22,366 nucleotides of DNA, filler included, from an uncultured bacterium (GCA_964632485.1; 10 parts of 10 records of this genome joined end to end with filler, not necessarily neighbours in it), one strand, 5' to 3'; numbered from the whole stretch's first letter, positions 1 through 9,575 are shown. Program-made: numbers and translations. Notes: a model not told the origin generated them from the letters alone.

Positions 1-205
1 CCGATCCGGCATCCATACGCAACCATCGTCATGCCGGACTCCGATCCGGCATCCAGTAGTAAAAGATGGATTCCTGCCTCCGCAGGAATGACACCTATGT
101 TCGTCATGCCGGACCCCGATCCGGCATCCAGTAGTGAAAGATGGATTACTGCCTCCGCAGGAATGACGCCTATGTCCGTCATGCCGGGCCCCGATCCGGC
201 ATCCA
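1..205. repeat. Tandem REP-like palindromic array, 75-bp period
   Basis: GTCATGCCGGnCnCCGATCCGGCATCCA starts at 28, 103 and 178 (partial copy at 1-15), alternating with TGGATT(C/A)CTGCCTCCGCAGGAATGAC. Each half is a hairpin and the two halves are inverted relative to each other. Confidence 0.9.
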
Positions 206-275
206 TGGATCTCTCGCCCGAACAGAACACAACGGCGAGCCTTTCTTGCGACTTTCTAAAAAACTAAAAAAAAGC

Positions 276-304
276 TTGACTTTTAATGGTCTTTATATTA
301 TTAT
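276..304 (+). promoter_or_regulatory. Candidate sigma70 promoter upstream of cysD
   Basis: TTGACT (276-281), 17-nt spacer, TATTAT (299-304). AT-rich context, so a chance match is possible. Confidence 0.4.
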
Positions 305-464
305 TAATAGATGCGATGGTTATGAATTGCATAAAATCATAATTAAATTTTACATTGACCGTGCGACAGCTTTGTATATTTTGACAATATTAGATAATTG
401 AACTATTATTAACCTGTTAAAATAAAAGAGATTCACTTCACCACTACTGAGCGCCTGAAACAAC

Positions 465-1318
465 ATGGATCATTTAACCCAACTCGAACAAACCGCCATT
501 TACATCCTACGCGAAGCTTATAGTCAATTTAAAAACCTATGCATGCTTTGGTCAATCGGCAAAGACAGTTCAGTACTGCTTTGGCTGTCGCGCAAAGCAT
601 TTCTGGGGCATGTTCCGTTCCCGCTCATCCATATCGACACTCATTATAAAATACCCGAAATGATTGAACATCGGGATCGGCTGGTTCGGGATTGGCAATT
701 GGACCTCATTTATGGAGTTAACCAAGAGGCCTTAGATCAATCCGAAACATTTCCCGATGGGCGCGCCAGCCGGCTGGATTGTTGTCGCAAGCTGAAAACA
801 GAAGCGTTGAAACGGACGCTGGAGGGTACGGGAGTTCGATATCGCTAGAATCGCATCTGGAGCCGTTTACCGGTGTTATCGCCGGAATTCGCGCCGATGA
901 GGAGGGATCCCGTTCCAAGGAACGATATTTTTCACCCCGCAACTTAGAAAATCATTGGGAGATCGGTGATCAACCGCCGGAATTCTGGAACCAGTTTAAT
1001 ACTGATTTTCCCGTCGGAACTCATGTCCGCATTCATCCCTTGCTGGATTGGACCGAACTCGATATCTGGCGTTATATTGAGCGCGAAGGCTTCCCGGTCG
1101 TTTCCCTCTATTTCAATCAGGGCAGTGGAAAACGCTATCGTTCGCTGGGTTGCGCGCCCTGCACCTTTCCGGTCGATTCTGATGCCTGTACGACCCAGGA
1201 GATTATCTATGAGTTGGAACATGGAAAATTCGCCCAGATCGCCGAACGTTCAGGTCGCGAACAGGACAAAGAAGACGGCGGGGGTTTGGAAGAATTGCGT
1301 AAAGAAGGATACATGTGA
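465..1318 (+). pseudogene. cysD: Sulfate adenylyltransferase subunit 2, frameshifted near 845-860
   Basis: The first frame has LWSIGKDSSVLL and HIDTHYKIPEMI and stops at TAG 846-848. The second frame has [42 protein letters not shown] and [10 protein letters not shown]. The stop overlaps the cysN start (TGATG). Confidence 0.88.
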
Positions 1319-3108
1319 TGGAATCGATCCGACTGGTTGTGGCCGGACATGTGGACCACGGCAAAAGCACTATCATTGGCCGATTGTTAGCGGATACAGA
1401 TTCACTGCCCCAGGGGAAACTGGAACAGGTGCGGGAAAAATGCCGACGGAATGCCCGACCCTTCGAGTATGCTTTTCTGCTGGATGCCCTCAAAGATGAG
1501 CAATCCCAGGGAATTACAATCGATGCGGCCCGAATTTTTTTTTCGTACCGCCAACGTCAGTATCTGATCCTTGACGCTCCGGGACATATCGAATTTATCA
1601 AAAATATGGTGACCGGGGCATCCAATGCCGATGGGGCCTTATTAGTCATTGATGCCGCCGAGGGAATCCGCGAGAACTCTCGCCGCCACGGCTACCTTCT
1701 CTCTCTGTTGGGTATCAATCGCATTATCGTTTTAATCAATAAAATGGATTTAATCGATTACGGTGAAACAATATACCGGAATCTAACCGAGGAATATGCT
1801 CATTTTCTGGCGAAACTGGGTATCCAGGCGCTGGAATATATACCCGTCAGCGGACAAAAAGGCGATAATCTCTCCACGCTCTCCACAAATATGCCCTGGT
1901 ACGCCGGGCCGATTCTAATCGATGCCATACAAAATTTCCAAGCGGTTATGAACGAAAGTAACGGAAACCTGCGCATGTTTGTGCAGGATATCTATAAATT
2001 CACCGCTCATAACGATACCCGACGGATTGTTGCCGGGAAAATCAGTAGCGGAAGTTTTAAAAACGGCGATGAAATCATTTTTTATCCATCGGGTAAAAAA
2101 ACAACCATAAGAACAATCGAAACATTTCCCCACGACGCGGCAATTCACATGGAAAGCGGCCTCAACTGCGGTATTACCCTGGAAGAGCAACTCTATATTC
2201 GGCGCGGAGAATTACTATGCAAAGCCGGAGAAAAAAATCCTTCAATATCCGTTCGATTCAGCGCGCGAATATTCTGGACCGGAAAGCTCCCCTTACAACT
2301 CGAACATGAATACATACTTAAACTGGGCGCGAATCGGGTAAAAATGCGCGTGGAAAAATTAACTCGTGTCTTTGATCCGGCTGAGATGAATATGCTGGAA
2401 AAGCGAGCTTATGTCAAAAAAAACGAAGTCGCTGAATGCGTGATCCGCTTACAACGTCCTATCGCCTTTGACTGCGATCCCGCTATACCGGAAACGCATC
2501 GTTTCGTGATTGTTGATCAATACCGCATCAGTGGCGGCGGCATTATTATCCAAACCCTGGATGATGATGAAACCTGGGTACGCAATCAGGTCATTCTGCG
2601 GAATCAAAAATGGGAAAAAGGGCAGATATCCGAACGTGAACGGGCGGAACGGCTGAATCAGCGCTCAGTTTTACTACTGATTAGCGGAGAAAAAGATAGC
2701 GGAAAAAAACCCTTAGCTAAAACCCTTGAAAAACAATTATTTCAAGAAGGCAAACTGGTCTATTTTTTGGGAATTCGCAATATCCTCTATGGCGTTGACG
2801 CGGATATCAGCCATGAAAAAATCGCGCAACACCAGGAACATATCCGGCGTATGGCTGAAATCGCCTATATTATGCTCGATCTGGGCGCCATTGTCATTAT
2901 CACAGCTACTATGCTTTCATACGAAGATGCGCAGATCATTCAAACCGTTATACCCGAAGAAAAAGTCCGCTTGATATGGCTGGGTGAAACCGTTCCGCCA
3001 GGAATCATTCCCTCGCTCAGTTTTCCCCAGATGAAAGATATGGCTCACACCATCTCCGAAATTAAGGATCATCTACATGCCCAGGGAATCATTTACCGCC
3101 CCTGGTAA
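1318..3108 (+). CDS. cysN: Sulfate adenylyltransferase subunit 1 (EF-Tu-like GTPase) with C-terminal APS-kinase-like domain (CysN/CysC-type fusion)
   Basis: [23 protein letters not shown] and NKMD G-motifs. C-terminal SGEKDSGKK...[10 protein letters not shown] segment. ATG 1318 overlaps the cysD TGA. Confidence 0.92.
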   Translation: MESIRLVVAGHVDHGKSTIIGRLLADTDSLPQGKLEQVREKCRRNARPFEYAFLLDALKDEQSQGITIDAARIFFSYRQRQYLILDAPGHIEFIKNMVTGASNADGALLVIDAAEGIRENSRRHGYLLSLLGINRIIVLINKMDLIDYGETIYRNLTEEYAHFLAKLGIQALEYIPVSGQKGDNLSTLSTNMPWYAGPILIDAIQNFQAVMNESNGNLRMFVQDIYKFTAHNDTRRIVAGKISSGSFKNGDEIIFYPSGKKTTIRTIETFPHDAAIHMESGLNCGITLEEQLYIRRGELLCKAGEKNPSISVRFSARIFWTGKLPLQLEHEYILKLGANRVKMRVEKLTRVFDPAEMNMLEKRAYVKKNEVAECVIRLQRPIAFDCDPAIPETHRFVIVDQYRISGGGIIIQTLDDDETWVRNQVILRNQKWEKGQISERERAERLNQRSVLLLISGEKDSGKKPLAKTLEKQLFQEGKLVYFLGIRNILYGVDADISHEKIAQHQEHIRRMAEIAYIMLDLGAIVIITATMLSYEDAQIIQTVIPEEKVRLIWLGETVPPGIIPSLSFPQMKDMAHTISEIKDHLHAQGIIYRPW

Positions 3109-3182
3109 TATTGATGATCCGATCTCTACTTACTATATAATGAACAAAAATCAAAGCAAATACCTTTTTATAAAAGAACCTC

Positions 3183-3373
3183 ATGAATTTCTATGAATTG
3201 ATCCGGATTCTTGAGAAAAATGGATTGAAACGATTAAAAGAAAAAGGCTCGATCTGATATATTATAAACAAGGGCGCGATCCGTTAATCAGAGTTGATTA
3301 TCATGGAAATAAAGAAGTCCCTACCGGAACATATCAATTCATTCTAAAAAACGCTGGGTTAAAAAATAAATAA
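3183..3373 (+). pseudogene. hicA: HicA-family toxin, nonsense codon plus frameshift
   Basis: MNFYELIRILEKNGLKRLKEKGSI* (TGA 3255-3257), then in a shifted frame YYKQGRDPLIRVDYHGNKEVPTGTYQFILKNAGLKNK*. Lies directly upstream of a HicB-like ORF. Not in the ORF track. Confidence 0.8.
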
Positions 3374-3389
3374 TTTCAGGGAGTTTATC

Positions 3390-3629
3390 ATGCAAAATTT
3401 GGATTATACCCTAATTATCGAAGCGACAGAAGAGGCTGATTTCTTTGGGTTTAATTCACCGGAGCTTGAAGGCTTTACCGGAATAGGCCATTCAATTGAA
3501 GATTGTGTTTACAAAGCTAGATATGGTATGACTGACCATATCAATTTACTGAAAACGATGGGCTTGCCAATACCCAAAAAAATCCTGATCCCAAAATTAT
3601 CATTCAAACGGATATTCCAAGCGCATTGA
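3390..3629 (+). CDS. hicB: HicB-family antitoxin (short form)
   Basis: YTLIIEATEE...SPELEGFTGIGHSIEDCVYKAR...GLPIP pattern, GGGAG RBS upstream, paired with hicA. Confidence 0.8.
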   Translation: MQNLDYTLIIEATEEADFFGFNSPELEGFTGIGHSIEDCVYKARYGMTDHINLLKTMGLPIPKKILIPKLSFKRIFQAH

Positions 3630-3660
3630 ATCGATAATCCATTGGGATTATGAAAGTTAG

Positions 3661-3760
3661 NNNNNNNNNNNNNNNNNNNNNNNNNNNNNNNNNNNNNNNN
3701 NNNNTTAATTAATTAANNNNNNNNNNNNNNNNNNNNNNNNNNNNNNNNNNNNNNNNNNNN
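3661..3760. other. Artificial contig linker
   Basis: N44-TTAATTAATTAA-N44, stops in all six frames. Confidence 0.98.
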
Positions 3761-3804
3761 CCTCCTCGTTAATCAAAATATAATCCCAATATTTTAAAAA
3801 TCAA
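3761..3804 (-). promoter_or_regulatory. Promoter and RBS for a minus-strand gene beyond the contig edge
   Basis: Minus strand: TTGATT-16-TATATT, then GAGGAGG at the contig end. Confidence 0.5.
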
Positions 3805-3873
3805 GTCTTTTTTACCGCTTGACTGAAATAACCATCAAAATGGCAGCGACATTGTCATTTCTTACATTAAGTA

Positions 3874-4248
3874 ATGAAGGTCAAACATTTTTCTCCTTAA
3901 TTATTTTTTGCGCATCTATACGAAAATATCCTTCCAATAAGTGATATCAACCCACCGCCAGTTCCGTACAACCTGTAAATTCACGACAGCCTGGCTACCC
4001 GCGTCATTACCTGGAGTTATAGTCCAGTTACCGACTTGAGCGGGTTCGGCGTGTACCGCGAAGATGACCAGGGGTTGATCGAACTGAAAGCCAATTATCC
4101 ATACGCGTACTATATCGATAGCGCCTTTCAGCCCACCGTATATTATCGCTATGGGATTCGCTCTCTCGATCTATTCGGCAATTTAAGCGATACGCTCTGG
4201 AGTCCGACCATGGCCTCGATTAGCCCGGGAGGAGAATTGAACCATCGC
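3874..4248 (+). pseudogene. Decayed fibronectin type III-like domain gene
   Basis: One frame reads MKVKHFSP*LFF...DINPPPVPYNL*IHDSLATRVITWSYSPVTDLSGFGVYRE...YYIDSAFQPTVYYRYGIRSLDLFGNLS. In-frame TAA at 3898 and 3976. The PP-x-P-x-NL, W, VYR, Y-x-D, YRY and D-x-x-GN pattern is FN3-like. Confidence 0.6.
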
Positions 4249-5778
4249 TTAAGCGATAAACCACTCCGCGATATTGCGCGCCTCGCGGGAAAAACCGATG
4301 CCCAACTTCACCACTTCGCGACTGTCGGCCTGCCAGGCAGCGCTATAGCCTTTTTCCTCGATCTGCCGCATGGCTTCCTCGGCTGCGCCCAGCCTAAACT
4401 CCATGATGTAGATGCGCTGCTTCGTTTCGACTACCGCATTGATACGGCCTCGGTGCGTCTGTACCTCGCAGCTCAACCGCACCCCCACCAGCTTCAGTGC
4501 AATGTAAATCACAGACTGATAATAGTACTCCAAATGGTTAATGAATATCTGATAAGGTATGGAGGCAAAGAGCGATTGCAGACCGGAAATGAACAACTCC
4601 ACATTCCCTTCTTCCAAAGCGTCCTCCAACTGGAACACTGCGGCGCCGGTTTCGCTCTGCACCTGATAACTATAGGCTTCAAGCAGATTGTTCAGAAACG
4701 ACACCCGCACCTCTTCGTTGGGATACGACAGATAATAGCGATCCGCTTCCCAATCGATCCGCTTGATGGTCAAATATCCCGTCTGAAACAGTAATGAGTA
4801 GATATCGAGACGCCTAAGCTCGAATTTGTCGAAAAATGATTGGCTCACCGCCAGATTCGAGAGCTTCGCCACTTCGATCTGCCGATCCCGGATCGCTTCC
4901 ACTAAAAACGTCGGCGTGCCCGTGGTAAACCAATAGTTGCGAAACTGTTTAAAACTCAACAGATTCAATATGGAAAATGGATTGTGCAAAAAATCCAAAC
5001 CGCTCCAGGAGTATCCGTTGTACCACATCTTGATTTTAGCGAACAACTCCGCATCACTCAGTTGAAATTTGGCTGCAAGCGCGACGAGGTACTCCCCATA
5101 GAAGCATTCAATCTCCGGCCACGTATAACCGAGCAACTCGTTGTGCTGATCGCTGATCGTGATATCCTGCAGGTTGTTCAGATCGCTGAAGATGGAAACC
5201 TTGCTGAATTTGGAAACGCCGGTCACAAACACAAAGCGCAGATAGCTGTCCAGCCCCTTGATCCCCGAATAAAAATTCTTCAGTATCTCGCGATTGGACT
5301 CGGCCTGATCCAGGTCGGTCAGATAGTCGATGATCGGCTTGTCATACTCGTCGATCAGCAAAACCACTTTCGCCTCGCTGGAAAGCTCTTTCACCAGATA
5401 CATCAGAATATCCTTGGGATCGCTGAAGGGAAGTTCGATCTGATAATCAGCGGCGATTTGTCTGAGGTGTATTTCCAGCCCTTTAGACAAACCATGGGTT
5501 TTATAGTTGACCTGGGAATAATCGATATGGATCACCGGGTGAACCGGCCAGTCAATTTTGTCGTAAATCCAGGTCTCACGAAACAGCTCGCGCTTGCCGC
5601 GGAAAATCTCCCTGAACGTGGAAACCAGCAGGGATTTGCCGAAGCGTCGCGGTCGGGAAAGGAAATAATATTTGCCGGAACTGATCAATTCGTGGACAAG
5701 CTCTGTTTTGTCCACATAGACATAGCCGCCGCCGATCAGTTCCGATAGGGATTGGATGCCGATGCCGAGTTTCTTCAT
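4249..5778 (-). CDS. AAA-ATPase-like + PD-(D/E)xK nuclease family protein, copy 1 (509 aa)
   Basis: Start reassigned to ATG 5778 (MKKLGIGIQ) by match to copy 3. YVDKT, SRPRRFGKS (Walker A), LLIDEYDKP (Walker B), VTGVSKFSKVSIFSDLNNL, LLFQTGYLTI. The nuclease region reads RINAV...MEFR. Confidence 0.9.
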   Translation of the reverse strand: MKKLGIGIQSLSELIGGGYVYVDKTELVHELISSGKYYFLSRPRRFGKSLLVSTFREIFRGKRELFRETWIYDKIDWPVHPVIHIDYSQVNYKTHGLSKGLEIHLRQIAADYQIELPFSDPKDILMYLVKELSSEAKVVLLIDEYDKPIIDYLTDLDQAESNREILKNFYSGIKGLDSYLRFVFVTGVSKFSKVSIFSDLNNLQDITISDQHNELLGYTWPEIECFYGEYLVALAAKFQLSDAELFAKIKMWYNGYSWSGLDFLHNPFSILNLLSFKQFRNYWFTTGTPTFLVEAIRDRQIEVAKLSNLAVSQSFFDKFELRRLDIYSLLFQTGYLTIKRIDWEADRYYLSYPNEEVRVSFLNNLLEAYSYQVQSETGAAVFQLEDALEEGNVELFISGLQSLFASIPYQIFINHLEYYYQSVIYIALKLVGVRLSCEVQTHRGRINAVVETKQRIYIMEFRLGAAEEAMRQIEEKGYSAAWQADSREVVKLGIGFSREARNIAEWFIA

Positions 5779-5784
5779 AATAGT

Positions 5785-5812
5785 AATATAGACGATTTTG
5801 ATTAAAATGCAA
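5785..5812 (-). promoter_or_regulatory. Leaderless-type promoter of copy 1
   Basis: TTGCAT-16-TATATT-6-ATG, with no Shine-Dalgarno. Same layout upstream of copy 3. Confidence 0.65.
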
Positions 5813-5823
5813 GAAAAAAAAGA

Positions 5824-5850
5824 TGGATTCCGGATCAAGTCCGGAATGAC
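5824..5850. repeat. REP-like hairpin between tandem AAA/nuclease genes
   Basis: TGGATTCCGGATCAAGTCCGGAATGAC, same family as 1-205 and 9972-10099. Confidence 0.85.
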
Positions 5851-5874
5851 AAGGAAAAATAATTATCGAAGCGT

Positions 5875-7328
5875 CTAGCCGACAAGCCAGTCGCCGATAT
5901 TGCGGTCCTCGCGCGAAAAACCCACCCCCAGCTTCACCACTTCCCGGCCGTCCGCCTTCCACGCAAGAGCGTAGTCCCGTTCCTCGATCTGCTTCATGGC
6001 TTCTTCCGCCGTCCCCAGCTTGAACTCCATCACATAGACGCGCCGCTTCGTCTCCACCACCGCATCGATCCGCCCTTTGCTCGTTTGGACCTCGCACGCC
6101 AGACGAACGCCCACCAATTTGAGGGCGATATAGATCACCGAGTGGTAATAATACTCCAAATGATCGATGAATATCTGGTACGGAATCGAAGCGAACAACG
6201 ACCGCAGACCGTCAATGAACAACTCCACATTCCCTTCTTCCAAAGCGTCCTCCAACTGGAACACTGCGGCGCCGGTTTCGCTCTGCACCTGATAACTATA
6301 GGCTTCAAGCAGATTGTTCAGAAACGACACCCGCACCTCTTCGTTGGGATACGACAGATAATAGCGATCCGCTTCCCAATCGATCCGCTTGATGGTCAAA
6401 TATCCCGTCTGAAACAGTAATGAGTAGATATCGAGACGCCTAAGCTCGAATTTGTCGAAAAATGATTGGCTCACCGCCAGATTCGAGAGCTTCGCCACTT
6501 CGATCTGCCGATCCCGGATCGCTTCCACTAAAAACGTCGGCGTGCCCGTGGTAAACCAATAGTTGCGAAACTGTTTAAAACTCAACAGATTCAATATGGA
6601 AAATGGATTGTGCAAAAAATCCAAACCGCTCCAGGAGTATCCGTTGTACCACATCTTGATTTTAGCGAACAACTCCGCATCACTCAGTTGAAATTTGGCT
6701 GCAAGCGCGACGAGGTACTCCCCATAGAAGCATTCAATCTCCGGCCACGTATAACCGAGCAACTCGTTGTGCTGATCGCTGATCGTGATATCCTGCAGGT
6801 TGTTCAGATCGCTGAAGATGGAAACCTTGCTGAATTTGGAAACGCCGGTCACAAACACAAAGCGCAGATAGCTGTCCAGCCCCTTGATCCCCGAATAAAA
6901 ATTCTTCAGTATCTCGCGATTGGACTCGGCCTGATCCAGGTCGGTCAGATAGTCGATGATCGGCTTGTCATACTCGTCGATCAGCAAAACCACTTTCGCC
7001 TCGCTGGAAAGTGTCTCGATCAACTCGATCAGTTTCCCGCCATAAGCGGGATTTTTCAGCTCTACCCCATAATCCCCCGCCAATTGATCCAGATAATAAT
7101 GTAAAGCAGGTTCCAGGCCTTGCTCCCGGTACTGGATCTGGGTGAAATCAATATGGATCACCGGGTGAACCGGCCAGTCAATTTTGTCGTAAATCCAGGT
7201 TTCGCTGAACAATTCGCGATTGCCAGTGAAGATTTCCTTGAGAGTGGAAACCAGCAGGGATTTGCCGAAGCGCCGCGGTCGGGAAAGGAAAAAATACCCG
7301 GCAGAACTGAGCAGTTGGTAAATCAGCG
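5875..7328 (-). CDS. AAA-ATPase-like + PD-(D/E)xK nuclease family protein, copy 2 (5' end cut by contig edge)
   Basis: Frame is open to the contig end (LIYQLLSSAGYFFLSRPRRFGKS...). Intact GRIDAV...MEFK nuclease motif. Confidence 0.9.
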
Positions 7329-7428
7329 NNNNNNNNNNNNNNNNNNNNNNNNNNNNNNNNNNNNNNNNNNNNTTAATTAATTAANNNNNNNNNNNNNNNN
7401 NNNNNNNNNNNNNNNNNNNNNNNNNNNN
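7329..7428. other. Artificial contig linker
   Basis: N44-TTAATTAATTAA-N44. Confidence 0.98.
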
Positions 7429-7838
7429 TCACCCCGTTGGCGGCGATTGTTTCCCAAGCCTTGTCGAAGTATTCGAACCGCGACAGTATTCAGATGAGCG
7501 AAAAACATGTAAAGATGGTGATGATGGCCTATCTGACGCTGAGCAATGCGTACATGGCGTACAGCGAATATGAGCTGGAGCGGCGTTACGCGGATATTTA
7601 TCTGAAGGCCCGGATGAAGGAAGTGAAGGTGGAAGCGGCGATCGAGCTAAAATATCTATCGTTGGAAGTGGCCCGGGATGCAACCAGAGTCGAAGAGCAA
7701 AGAGAAAAAGGCATCGAACAGGTGAAATGGGACCTGGCGCATCTGCCACGGCACGAGGGCATGGAGCTGCGTGGCTACCTGCTGCGCTTCATCGGCTGCG
7801 AGGTTACGGTCGAAGAGATAACGCCGGATAGTAAGTAG
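7429..7838 (+). CDS. C-terminal PD-(D/E)xK domain of a second-subfamily AAA/nuclease gene (partial)
   Basis: 7429-7564 is a close but non-identical match to 15476-15611. SEYE...RYADIYL...IELKY nuclease motif. Confidence 0.85.
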
Positions 7839-8028
7839 TGTCTGTCCACAAAGTAGGGATTTTTATTTTTCCCGGCATGATCAGAGTAAAAACCAATCGA
7901 ATTATGACCTCAATTTATTCAAATAGAGAGTTTTACATTCAAATGCCGCTCTAATTTCATATTTTGGGATAGACCTTTCCCCTGCAATCCCCAGCTCCCT
8001 CTAATCGATGTTGTTCGATTCAACTAAA

Positions 8029-9399
8029 TCAGCTCAGTTGAATCTGCTTGAAGAGCATGGCCGACATCACGCGGACGTTGTAGGCGATCACACTCCAGAA
8101 CACCTTGGACTCGAACCGCTGCCGTCCTTTCCAGACGCATCGACGCAGCTCAAATCGTCGTTTGATATTCGATATCACGCCTTCAATGCCGCTCCGCCAT
8201 TTCTTCAATTGAGTTTCCAGCGTCTTGCTTTGAACCATCGATTTCAAGCGCCCCACCGTTTTGTTGAACACCACATTTTTGATTTTGAATTCACCATGCG
8301 CCACGTCCAAATTCTTCCCGCTGGCATATCCGCCATCGGTCACCAACGATTCAATCCGTCGTCCATAGTTTGAATCCATTCGCTGCAAAACCCCGGGAAA
8401 CGTTTCCCGATCCGAAATATTGCCGTCATAAACCTCGCAGTCCAAAATCAGGTTCTCACGTCTAGTCGCCACCGATACCTTGTGTCCGAATTTCACCTCC
8501 CGATTCCCCTTGACAATAATATCTGTATGCGGCTCAAAAATGGAAATGATTTTCTCCGAAGCCGGAACCGCTTTCTGCTCGATTATCCGCTGATACGCCA
8601 CATCGTATATCTTCCGACTCATCGGCAACAGCTCCTCAATCGATTCCACGAGCCGACGAACTTCCCGATCCATCGATCCGATATCCCAGTGAGATATCTC
8701 CCGCAGTTGCTGCTCCGCGCGCTTCATATAGGAGATAAACAATTTCAATTGATCCTCAAAGGTCTCTTTCCGCTTCTGGGGCTTCTTCTCCACATTGATC
8801 TTGAAAAAATTCTTCTTCGCCTGCTTGCATTCACTGCGATACTGTTGCTGCAGATGCCGGCTTAGTTTCTTCATGTTCTCATCCAGCTTCCGGATACAAT
8901 CCCAAATCAGACTGTTGTCCGTCGGATAGTGAATATTCGATTCCACTACCGTCGTGTCCACCCGCAACCGCTTGATGATATCCGACGAAAGATTCAATTC
9001 CTCCAATGCGATACGATTGAGTTCCACCATCACTCGCCGCAGCGATTCCGGCAGAATTGCCGATATGTATTTCTGCAATACCTGGAATGAAAAAACATTC
9101 CGGCGATGCAACTTTAAAAACAGCTCGCAAATCTTTGAATCCTTCTCCGCATATTCCAGCTCGCGATAGTTCAGTCTGAATATCTCTTTATACAAGGCGG
9201 CCCGGAGTACCTGCTCGACGGTCGGGGAATCATTTCGCCCCATCTTAATATCGCTTTAACGGATCGGGAGAATATCATCGGCAATCAACAGATAAATATC
9301 CGGATGAAGTTCTAATATGCTATCTAAGATCAACAACTCAGGATTGTCCTCCCAGAGTTTTTCCTCAAACCGGAGCCGATTTTCACAAAATAACTTCAT
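8029..9399 (-). pseudogene. DDE transposase with in-frame TAA at codon 48
   Basis: True start ATG 9399 (MKLFCENRL) with AAAGGAG RBS. Stop at 9256-9258, same frame as ORF 9243. Motifs VDTTVVESNIHYPTD, VKFGHK, TDGGY, WRSGIEGVISNIKR. Confidence 0.85.
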
Positions 9400-9446
9400 T
9401 TCTCAAATCTCCTTTGCTATAGTTTAATAATTAACCAACCGATTGT

Positions 9447-9475
9447 AATATAACACAAAAGAGATGAAAAGTCAA
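9447..9475 (-). promoter_or_regulatory. Transposase promoter
   Basis: TTGACT-17-TATATT with extended TGn. Confidence 0.6.
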
Positions 9476-9575
9476 GCATTTTGTTGCCAACAAACAATAT
9501 TTTTTCTGCTGATATATATTTTTATAATATATCTATCTATTTATGCTGCAATATGTTGTATTTATGGACAGGCTC

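Larger units (their letters stand above)
7838..9575 (-). mobile_element. Complete-length IS, ISNCY/IS5-like DDE type
   Basis: Imperfect terminal inverted repeats GTGTCTGTCCACAAA (7838) and GAGCCTGTCCATAAA (reverse complement ending at 9575), each flanked by TA, enclosing one transposase gene. Confidence 0.8.

Noticed and set aside
1-205. CRISPR array
   Set aside because: The segments between repeats are themselves near-identical, so there are no unique spacers. No cas genes are present.
31-401. ORFs 31-267 and 141-401
   Set aside because: Translations of the REP-like array and AT-rich promoter DNA. The peptide periodicity just mirrors the 75-bp repeat.
846-848. Pyrrolysine or stop-codon readthrough at the cysD TAG (and at stops in hicA and the transposases)
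   Set aside because: The downstream cysD homology is in a different frame, and the other stops are mixed TAA/TGA accompanied by frameshifts. This is ordinary decay.
4249-6213. Diversity-generating retroelement (TR/VR) between paralog C-termini
   Set aside because: Differences involve all bases and are largely synonymous rather than adenine-specific. No reverse transcriptase is in the window.
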